Source: Cyanophora paradoxa CCMP329
Lineage: Eukaryota > Plantae > Glaucophyta
DNA length: 64,000 bases
Assembly: GCA_004431415.1 (NCBI GenBank)
Contig: QPMI01000514.1
Coordinates: 248,001-312,000, forward strand
Reading direction: 5' to 3'
The notes under the pieces are model-generated. The model worked only from the letters and a program-made list of their open reading frames with translations. It ran no database searches and was not told the DNA's origin. Position numbers and translations under genes: made by a program. This document shows, piece after piece, positions 11,893 through 20,946 of this stretch (position 1 is its first letter; every line of letters starts with the position of its first letter).

Positions 11893-14106
11893 CTACGCCA
11901 ATGCCTCGTGTTGTGCTCGTCTCGCGGCTGGCGTCTCATGGCCGGGCCACGGGGAAGGATCCCAGAGGGGTGAGCAGGGCGAGGCTCGGCGAAGCCCTTG
12001 CGATCCACCGGCGCGGGCCCGTCCGGCACGCGTCGGCAGTTTCTCGAGCAAGGCTAGCGGAAACCCATCGGCGTCGCACGCGACGTCCGGGTCGGCCTCG
12101 GACGAGCCTTCCGACTCGGACTCGGCGGCGGCCGCCTCGGCGTGCGCGTTCTCTAGTAGCGAAGGGGGCACTCCGTCATCGCCGTCGGCAAGGGCGTCCG
12201 GCATGGGCGAATCGGAGTCCGAGCTAGCGTCGGGATCGCGGGAGCCGGCCGCCGGGCGGCGATCTCGCTTGGCAGGCGGTGGGGACGGAGACCCTGGCGC
12301 CTGGGGCGCGAAGCGCTCCGGGGCGGTTCTCGTCCTCTTTCTCGACTCGTCGTCGCTGGCGGCAGCAGACGCCTTGGCTCCTGCGTAGCCCGCGGAAGCG
12401 GCGAGCTTGGCAAGCTCGCGCGGCACCCGGCGGGTGCGGGCCGAGGCTGGAGCTGGCTCGGGGGGCCGCGACTCCTCCTCTGCATAAGGGGAGCGGCCCG
12501 CCGTCTCCTCGGGCGCGGCTGCCGGGCTCGGCCCGTCGGTGGGCGGGCGGCTTCGCCGCCGGCTCGAGCGGCCGAGGTTTGCAGGTGCCGCGCCTTGGAA
12601 GCCGGCGGAGTCGGCAAGCTTCCGCAGAGCCCGCTCAGTGGGGCCCAGTTGTACGCGGAAGATGCCGAGGGGGACGTCAGGATCCTCGGGCTCGGCGCCC
12701 ACAGCGCGCTGGGGGACGCCGAAGCCTTCGGCTCCCTCGTAGGCCGCTGGCGTCGAGGAAGAGCCATCGGCTCCGCCGGGCTGCCAGACGGGGTGGTCCT
12801 TTGGAAGGCGTGAGCACGCGTCAGGGCCGCCGTTCTGCTTGCCCGGGCGGTAGACGATCTCGAAGTCGTAGGCCTGCAAGAGCAGAGACCAACGGCCGAG
12901 CCGACCTGTTGTCGGGTCCAGGCTTTTCAGCCACTGGAGGGCGTGGTGGTCTGTTCGGACCAGGAACTGGGGCCCGCCCAGCAGATAGTGGCGCCAATAC
13001 TTGATGGCCCAAACTACTGCGAGGCATTCCAATTCCGTGGCGGAGTAGTTCATTTCAGCCGGCAACAACGTGCGGCTGATGAAGGCAAGGGGGCGCTCAA
13101 CGCCGTCCTTGTCCGTCTGACTCAGAATCGCGCCGATAGCGTATGTACTGGCGTCCGTCTGGAGTATGAAGGGCTTAGAGAAGTCCGGGAACCGCAATAT
13201 AATATCGCGGCCCAGCAGTTCTTTCAGCTCCTTAAAGGCGCGGTCGGCGGCACCGCCCTCGGGCCAACTCCAGACGGCGTCCTTCAATAGAAGGCGCTGC
13301 ATGGCGTACACCACCTTGGAGAAGTTCTCTACAAAGCGGCGGTAGTAACCGGCGAGGCCCAAGAACGAGCGGAGCTCGTCCGCATTCTTAGGCGTCTGCC
13401 AGTCCGAGATCACCTTGGTCTTCGCGGGGTCCTGCCGGATCCCTTCGGCGGAGATGCGGTGGCCTAGAAGGTCGATTTCTGGCACGCAAAAGCGGCACTT
13501 CGACGGCTTCAGGCGCAAGTTCGCCTTGGAGATCGTCTCGAAAAGCGCCTTTAAGTCCAAGAGGTGCTGATCGATTGACGGGGAGAACACCGTGATATCA
13601 TCGATATAGGCCACGACACAGGTCGTTAAGAGAGGGCCTAAGATCGCGGTGATCGCGCGGGAGAAGGCCGCGGGGCCATTGGTCACACCGAACGGGGTCA
13701 CGCGCCACTGGAAATGACCCCAGGGTACGACGAACGCAGTGTACGCGCGCGAGCCGGGGTGTAGAGGAAGCTGCCAGAAGCCAGCCGTGGCATCCGCTGT
13801 TGAGAAGACCATCGAGCCGCGCAGGCGCTCGAGCTGGTCGTCGATGCGGGGCAGCGGAAACACGTCGCGTTCAGTGATCTGATTCAGCCGCCTGTAATCT
13901 ACGCAGAAGCGCCAGGTGCCGTCCTTCTTTGGAGCGAGCACCACTGGCGATCCGTACGCAGCTTGCGAGGGCTCGATCAGACCCAGCTCGAGGAGCTTCT
14001 GAATTTCTTTGCGAGCATGCTCTTCAGCGTGTGGATTCATGCGCCGCGGAGGCGTGAACACAGGGAGCCGGCTCGTGAGCCGGATCACGTGCTCGTAATA
14101 GAGCAA
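11893..14106 (-). CDS. Gypsy pol: reverse transcriptase + RNase H, then a low-complexity linker
   Basis: KKDGTWRFCVDYRRLN, LPRIDD, PFGVTNGP, YIDD, QTDASTYAIGAIL, NYSATELECLA, RTDHHAL, DACSR. Confidence 0.95.
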   Translation of the reverse strand: MLYYEHVIRLTSRLPVFTPPRRMNPHAEEHARKEIQKLLELGLIEPSQAAYGSPVVLAPKKDGTWRFCVDYRRLNQITERDVFPLPRIDDQLERLRGSMVFSTADATAGFWQLPLHPGSRAYTAFVVPWGHFQWRVTPFGVTNGPAAFSRAITAILGPLLTTCVVAYIDDITVFSPSIDQHLLDLKALFETISKANLRLKPSKCRFCVPEIDLLGHRISAEGIRQDPAKTKVISDWQTPKNADELRSFLGLAGYYRRFVENFSKVVYAMQRLLLKDAVWSWPEGGAADRAFKELKELLGRDIILRFPDFSKPFILQTDASTYAIGAILSQTDKDGVERPLAFISRTLLPAEMNYSATELECLAVVWAIKYWRHYLLGGPQFLVRTDHHALQWLKSLDPTTGRLGRWSLLLQAYDFEIVYRPGKQNGGPDACSRLPKDHPVWQPGGADGSSSTPAAYEGAEGFGVPQRAVGAEPEDPDVPLGIFRVQLGPTERALRKLADSAGFQGAAPANLGRSSRRRSRPPTDGPSPAAAPEETAGRSPYAEEESRPPEPAPASARTRRVPRELAKLAASAGYAGAKASAAASDDESRKRTRTAPERFAPQAPGSPSPPPAKRDRRPAAGSRDPDASSDSDSPMPDALADGDDGVPPSLLENAHAEAAAAESESEGSSEADPDVACDADGFPLALLEKLPTRAGRARAGGSQGLRRASPCSPLWDPSPWPGHETPAARRAQHEALA

Positions 14107-15421
14107 GTTCGCGCAGGAATTCAGTGATCTTCTGGCGGTAGACCGGATCGTCCGGGCGCGGCGGCGGCGCAGAGGGGGACGGGAAGATCGCGCGGATCAC
14201 AACGTCGACCTCCTCGTCATCGCCCGCGAACGCGTACCGGCAGAACATCACTAGCTCTTCCGTCTGCGCGTCGTGCGCGGAGTCCTCGTCGTGCTCGTGC
14301 GTGCAGCATTCGCAGTGCGTGTGGGCCCGCATCGCGCGCGCGCTCGAGTCCTTGGACCCGCGGGCGCCCGACGGGACGATGGGGACGGCCGGCGGAGCGG
14401 CGGCTGCGACGGCGCGCTGCAGGGACTGGGCCACGCTCGGGGCGCGGGCCGGAACCGCGCTCGGCAGGGCGCTTCGCTTGACGACGTACGCGGAGCCCGG
14501 AACGTTCGAGATATCCGTGTCCCAGGCGCCGAGCTCACGGCAGCGCTGGCGCACGTAGTTGACGAGGCCGACCTCGTCCTTCAGCGTGCCCTCGCGCACG
14601 CGCTGAGCAAGCTCGGCCTGAATCACGGTCAGAATCTCGAGGTTCTTGAGCATGCGGCGCCGGTCGCGCTCTGACAGATCTTTCACGTCATCGAACTCGC
14701 GGAACTCGCCGCGGTTTCGGCGTGTGATCATGTCTTTGAGCTGGCGGACTAGCGCCGTAAGCGAGGTCTCCAGGGGCCGGCGTGCGTCCGGGTGCATGCA
14801 CAGGCGGCAGGTGCGGCGGACGCAAGCCTCCGGGTTCTCGCCTAGGTAGGGAAGGCGCAGGACCTCCTTGAGGTCGTCCGGGTTCCGGTCGCCGGAATCA
14901 GACTCCAGGCGCGCGCGGATCGCGGCGAAGGTGGTCTCGCGCTTAGACGCAGCGATGGCCTCTTCGATTTCCGCGATCTGCTCGCCGAGCCCCTCGAAAA
15001 GCAAACGCTCATGCTCGCTGGCGAAGCCCTCGCGTTCCTTTTCGTCCCTTTCGCTCCGCAGCTTCACGAGCTCGCTCTTACGCGCGCGTTGGCCGGCGTG
15101 AAAGAGTTCGATCTCGCTCCGCACGCTGTGCGCCGGATCTAAAGTTTGGATGAGCGCGAGGCCCGTGTTCTGCTGCTGGCTGTCGCCGGCGTCTTCAGCC
15201 AGATTCAGGATGTTCCGGCTAAGCGCGGCGGCAGCCTCGAAGGCAGCGAGATGGTCCTCGGCCATCTGGCGGTCGGCGCCTGGCTGTAGCAGCGGAATCC
15301 GGCGCAGCATCTCGAGCGCATTCGTCGGAATGCCGCTCAGCGTGCTCGGTTCTGCTGTGAAGGGTGCCAGGTTCGCCATTCGAATGTGATACTCCGCGGA
15401 AGCCCCGGTTCCGGAGGACAT
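14024..15421 (-). CDS. Gag-like ORF of the Gypsy element
   Basis: 465-aa ATG-initiated, helical-looking ORF between the 5' LTR and pol, overlapping pol in another frame. Called on position only. Confidence 0.7.
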   Translation of the reverse strand: MSSGTGASAEYHIRMANLAPFTAEPSTLSGIPTNALEMLRRIPLLQPGADRQMAEDHLAAFEAAAALSRNILNLAEDAGDSQQQNTGLALIQTLDPAHSVRSEIELFHAGQRARKSELVKLRSERDEKEREGFASEHERLLFEGLGEQIAEIEEAIAASKRETTFAAIRARLESDSGDRNPDDLKEVLRLPYLGENPEACVRRTCRLCMHPDARRPLETSLTALVRQLKDMITRRNRGEFREFDDVKDLSERDRRRMLKNLEILTVIQAELAQRVREGTLKDEVGLVNYVRQRCRELGAWDTDISNVPGSAYVVKRSALPSAVPARAPSVAQSLQRAVAAAAPPAVPIVPSGARGSKDSSARAMRAHTHCECCTHEHDEDSAHDAQTEELVMFCRYAFAGDDEEVDVVIRAIFPSPSAPPPRPDDPVYRQKITEFLRELALLRARDPAHEPAPCVHASAAHESTR

Positions 15422-15963
15422 TCTTTCACGAAAAGCTTGCGGCGTAAAGCCAAGCTTATCGATCGGAATGTGCGCGCTCGGGCGCCTTCGAGGTCCGCGG
15501 TCGCGCGACGAGGCTTCTCGAAGCCAAGTCGCTGAGGTCGTCCGAACTCCGTGGAACCCGCGGAGTCAGGCAAGCTACGCAGCGACCACTCAGGGTCCTG
15601 TTTCGCGAGCTCTGCTCTCTGGGCGGCGAGCTACGCGGCGACCGCGAGGGTCCCGTTTCGCAAGCCTTTTCGACTCCGGTCGTTTCGCTCGGTGCCTCTG
15701 GCAGCCGAGGTGAGCAAGCTCACGTCGCACGAAACCGGGACGCCCCCGGATCGTGTTTGCGCTCAGTTTGCGAGAGCAGCACGCCCCAGTTCGTCAACCT
15801 GCTCGCTCAGCCTTTGCGGGCACGGGCGGGGAGCGTCCGCACGCTCCTCGACCTCTTTCGAGGTTCTCCCGTGCGCCGGCTGAGCTGCGGGTGCTGGGTT
15901 GGGCTGGTTGCTGAGGACGGTCGCTGAAGATCGCTGGTTCGTGCTCCGTAGGCACGTGGCGCC

Positions 15964-16219
15964 TGTCGGATGGGAAGAAGCCCACCCGGTACGCCCTGCG
16001 CGGTCTAGCGCAGGCGGTGGTGATAGCAGGAAGCACAAGTGGTCTATTCACAAGTGTACCCGTACAGGGACGGCGTACCCCTCAGATGGGGCCGCGCCCG
16101 GCGCTAAGTCACAACACAGAGAGCGCTACAAGCTAGAAGCTTACTAGCGCTAGACTAAGGCTAGAGGCTAACCATAGACTACCAGCTAACCTAGTCCGAG
16201 GGCATCGCGGCATGCGACA
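15964..16219 (-). repeat. 5' LTR of the Gypsy element
   Basis: Direct repeat of 9052-9307. Confidence 0.95.
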
Positions 16220-19200
16220 CCGGCGCCGGCAACTTGGCGAGGGCGGCGGCGATGGCGGAGGCAAAGACGCGGGCGGCGACGATGTCCTCCTCGTTGAAAT
16301 TCTCGCACCGGTCCCCCACCGCCTCCTTCCACCTGCACACGCGCACGCGCACATCAAATCTAGCTATAGATCTCGACACGCTGCCCTTTTGACAGTTCGA
16401 TTGAGAACACGCACAAAGCGAATGAGTTCCGCGGACCGAGCTTGCCGTCGTCGGTCTCGACGTAGGCGGAGTTTCTGTCGCCCGCCCAGCTGACCTCCTG
16501 CGCAACAATAGTATACGTAAGTATTACAGCGAGACATGACCAATTACGGTCAACGTTGGCGTTTCAATTAAATTGCCGCGTTCAGATTAAGTTGCTTTGC
16601 AAATAGATAAGAGATCTAGATCTAGAGCACCTGCTGTAGAGGCCGCCGGAACCAGAACGCTACCACATCGTTGAAGACCGAGACGGCAATAAAGCCGCCC
16701 TTCCAGGCCAGCGCCCTGCCGCCGACGCCGACGCTCTGCAGGCGGAACCATGGCGACTCAGGAATCAGCTATAGCTGCGCGCGGGGCGTTGTGATCCGGC
16801 TCACGCGCGCCTGTGCGTTCTCCGTTGTCCACACTTGGTGGCCGTCGGAATCCGGATAGCGGCTGCGCGACACGATTCGCGCGCTCATTGCCAAAGTTCA
16901 TCGGTACTAGTTACAAATTTCCAAAACCTGCACCGTGCTTTAGACCTGCCACCACGGAGGACGTCCGCAAGCCATTCCAGCTCAGTCTCTTCGACGACCT
17001 GCCGACGTCGACGGCGGACGTGCATATGCATATCGAACGTCAGACCGAAAGAAACCAGGAATTCGAACGGCGAAGGAAAAAGACACTGCGCACATCTCCG
17101 GCAGAAATCGCGCGCTTCGACGAAGAATCGAAGACGACCGACCCACTTGCGAGACATAACACATCAGAGCCAGACTCGCAAGACTATTGCATCAAATTAA
17201 AAAATGCAAACCTGCACGCAGGAATCATCGCGAGGATCGTAGCGTGGAGCTTGCGGCCGTTGGAATCCTTGTTCGTCCGTGCTAGTGCCCACCGATCGAT
17301 GTCCAGTTTACCGCCCGCAGTTTCAGTTGGGGTTTGCGTTGTCGCATGTTCAGCTGTGATCGGCCGCGGGGTCGCGATGGTGATGAGCAGCTGCAGGCGA
17401 TGCATGCAAGTCAGCCGCGATTTCTGAACCGGTAAGGCCAATGTATATAAATCGCACCTCTGCCGGGGCGAGCATGGCACGCTCTTTTGCGCCGCGCGTC
17501 CGATCTTTGTACACGGACTCCAGGCAGCGAGAAAACAGCTGTGCATGTGCCAAAAGTTAGTGCCTTCGCCAGCGAAATAGTTCTCTTTCTAACAACCTAT
17601 AATTAGTCAGATATCCAGATCATGATCAGAGTTTCTCGGCGCGCATGCGCATGCGCACCTGAACGATGCCGACGAGAGAGGTCCGGGCCTTGTAAGGCAC
17701 GTACACCCCCGTCTGCGCCACGCGGCCGCGGAGGCCAGCGCGATCGACATCAGGGCCGGAAGCGGTTGCGGAGGCAGTGAGCTCGCAGCCGGGCGCACGC
17801 CGTGGTGCAGGGTCACAAGGCCCCATAATTTGTTGTTCACGACGACCTGCCGGAAAGCACCGTTAACATTAAATCTCGTGTGTTTAGAGACCCGATGATT
17901 CCGGGATCCATTGGAGGCCTGAAGCTTAAAATAGCTGCAGTAAAGATATAGATGGCGACATATGCATTTCCATTCGCGTCCATGCAATTGCAAGGTACAA
18001 TCATTCACCGAGTAGACAAGCTGTGACCGCGAGGAAATGTTGAGATGAAACTGCCTGCGCATGCATATGCGCATTGGCGTAAGAATACTAAGAAAATGAT
18101 AGAGCACACAGAGCTGGGCATATGCTGGGTCTTGGACCCCACGTGCACTTGCACGCACGGGCCTCTCCACCTGGCGCGCATGCGCACCTGCAGCACGGCG
18201 TCGGGGCGCGAGCGTTCGAGAAGTACATGTCCAGGGCGCGCTTGGTGTCCGGGTTCAGGTCGGGCAGCAGGCCGACGCCCGCTGATATCGATCGAGGGAG
18301 CGGTGCGTCAACGAAGATCGAATTGAAGACGCGACGACGAATGCCAATGCTGCAGGTGCGCACTGTCGTGGCTGTCGAGCATGAGGCGAGCCCTCGTAGA
18401 GTAGAAAATGGCCCGAGAGAAGATCGGGATGTCGCTGGCTGCAGTGCGGATGCGGGCGCGAATGAGGTTGTGATATCGATGGTTTCGATCCCATGCGAAG
18501 CGGCGATCACTGCTCATGACTGACCGGGAAAGCGGAGGCCGAAGAACGGCGGGAGATTCCGATCGCGAAGCGTCTCACCCATAACTTGGCCGTGCCCCTC
18601 TCTGCGGGAGAGCGTACAAATCAAAATAAGATAACGGGAAGCCTTCATGATCAGGGCTTATTATAAAGTTGCGAATAAAACCTCCGCACTTGGAGAAAGC
18701 GTAACAGCTGCACGCAGAACTTGCATGAGTGCTAATTATAATAGGGACAGACGAAAGGGGCGAGAGAGGCACCAGACGCGGTCGAAGCGGGAGATACTCG
18801 AAAGCACTTCGGTGATAACCTGGCAGAGCTTCGTCTCCTCATACTCGCCTTGAACACGCTCTGCCGAATTCGAACAGACCCAGTCTGAGTGTCAGCACGA
18901 ACGCACACGAACGTTAACGGAGCGACAATGCGTCGAACGGCACCTTTGCCCTTCTGGATCTCGGCCGAGGGGTACGACGCAACTGCCGTGAACCCGGTGG
19001 GGAGGCGCGCATCGGAGGCAATGGCGTCTTTCTCCACAAACGGCTCCAGTTCGAGGACGGCTGCGAACGAGAGGCGATCAAGGTTCACGATCGCCAATTG
19101 CAATCCGAACGCGCGTGTTATCACGATCGCGAGCGATATGTAACTGTCGCCTGGCCTTCGGCCCTCGCACTCGAGCTCGATCTCAAACTCACCGCAACCG

Positions 19201-20244
19201 CTGCGTGACGCGGAGTTCGAAGCTCAAGGGATCAGCAGCAATCCTCGGAGCGCGGAGCACGGGCACGCGCCCTAGCCGCATGCGCACCCGTCGTCGTTCT
19301 CGGCGCCCGGGGGCCGGTGGAGGATGCCGTACCAGCGGGAGCCGTCGTGGGCGCTCACGGTGAGGGGCATCGCCGCCTGGAGCTCCTCGTTGGAGCGCGT
19401 TCCGCGCAGGGCCGAGCGGATGACCTGCACCGACTCCTCCGACACCAGCCCGTCCAGCGTGTCCCCTTGCACGGCCTCGGGTCGCACGCCCAGCAGCGCC
19501 TGTCGGCGAGCGCGGGGAGCGGGGTGAACGAGCCGACAAAGCTGAAGCTTAAGCCGGGACGGGATGGACCCGGGAGAGGCCGCGGGCACCTCGGTGTTGC
19601 GCGAGATCTGCTGCACGACGAGGTCGAGCTCGCGCAGCACAGCCAGGACGCAAAAAGACTGCACGAATCTGCGGCGTGTCAGCTGCGGGCCCCGTGGAGT
19701 CGAGGATCCGGATGAAATACAAATATTGTAAACAGAGCAAGAGTTCGAAAGCGCTAAAGCTCATGCAGACAGGTCACCGGGTACCGATGATGCTATGAAA
19801 GGTTTATCTCTAAATGATATCAATCGGGAAAGGCGCCGCTTTACACAAGAGCAGGCAGGCGCCTGGGGAAAGGCGGCGCTACGCACTGTCCTCTCATCAT
19901 CTCGGCCTCCTGCGCGATGCCGTGACCGTGCACGTGGTGCGCACGTGCGCGTGGATCCCCGAGCATCAGAGCAAATTTTGGTTTTTGAAGCCGGGAGTAT
20001 CACGTGCACGCACGAAGTGCTCGATGTAGGCCGCAGATCGTTTCGGGGGTGCCCGTGGCCCTGTGGGTGACTCCCCAAGAGAGGCGGCGGCTGCGGGCGC
20101 CAGCTTGCGGTCTGCGAGAGCAACCGAGACGAAACCATCGCCGGCGCCAGATTTGGCATTGACGCTGCTGCCTGGGGAGCCCCCTAGGCCTGTCGCTACG
20201 CCTCCTGCAGGCGCTGGCTGCAGCTGGCTAGGACCGCAACCCAT
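16191..20244 (-). CDS. Sensor-only phytochrome PhyX2 (N-terminal extension-PAS-GAF-PHY), multi-exon, Cys-Cys bilin site, no output domain
   Basis: Spliced protein: MGCGPSQ...AAYIEHF|EAEMMRGQ|FVQSFCVLAVLRELDLVVQQISRNTE|ALLGVRPE...LELEP...SRFDRVC|CYAFSK|EGHGQVMGE...PPFFGLRFP|ASDIPIFSR...|...LDMYFSNARAPTPCCR|QFHLNISSRSQLVYS|VVVNNKLWGLVTLHHG|TGVYVPYKAR...FWFRRPLQQ|EVSWAG...LGPRNSFAL|WKEAVGDRCENFNEEDIVAAR...AKLPAP. Colinear with a Cph1-type photosensory core. The current stop lies in the LTR (16191-16193); the pre-insertion stop is at 9033-9035. Confidence 0.92.
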
Positions 20245-20946
20245 GAAGATGAAGCAGATAACGTGCACGGGCCGGCCGCGCCAGGGCGTTCCGAGAATCC
20301 GAGTTCACACGCGCGCGTAGCGGCGCAGCTGCAGGCCAGGCCTAGGCGGCCGCGGTCGCAATTAAACCTCAATGCACCTAAAGCTACTTCTTAAGATTCG
20401 CTGATCGATGCGGCGCTGTGGCAACTGCTTGATTCTGCAGCTGTCGCCGACTCGCCGTGGCACATGAACAGCATACGTAGTGTGAATCTGTGTGATACTG
20501 CCAGGCTGTGCCGCTGGTACCGTCCCCTAGTACCGTAGTACGTACGTACGTTTCAAAGTTTACAGTAACGTACTTTGAGCAGGCCCGGGAATCGCGCGCG
20601 CTGCGCTGCGCGTGCCTGCACATGTGCGCATGCGCGGCCTGCGCCGGCGCCGCGCCGCTGCCGCTGCTGGCCCTTCCGAAGTTCATGAGTCATGAATCAT
20701 GATCACGTGCACGGTGCGGCCCCCACCGTGCGGCACGGGCCGCACGTGCACCGTGGTCCGTGGCCCGCACGGTGCGGGCCGTGCGCATCATCAGCGCATG
20801 CGGCCCGTGCGCAGGGTTCGCCGCCCATAAATTACCGCGGCACCAAATTACCGCGTTTTAACAAACTTTTGGCGCGCCACAAATTACTGCTTTCCAAAAC
20901 TTCTGCGCCGGTAGGCGCTTTACTGCGCTACCAAATTACTGCGTTC

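Larger units (their letters stand above)
9052..16219 (-). mobile_element. Ty3/Gypsy LTR retrotransposon, recent insertion
   Basis: Two 256-bp LTRs, identical by eye, with TGTCG...CGACA ends; 5-bp TSD CCGGC (9047-9051, 16220-16224); purine tract AGAGTGAGGAG before the 3' LTR; domain order gag-RT-RNaseH-integrase. Confidence 0.96.

Noticed and set aside
18100-18170. ARGVQDPAYAQ as an alternative Cys-less chromophore motif of PhyX2
   Set aside because: Lies inside the intron between PTPCCR and QFHLN; the spliced version aligns much better to Cph1.
20830-20946. AATTAC(C/T)GCG repeats (and the GAAGGATATTCA repeats at 8505-8590) as a CRISPR array
   Set aside because: Short, irregular, no unique spacers, eukaryotic context and no cas genes.
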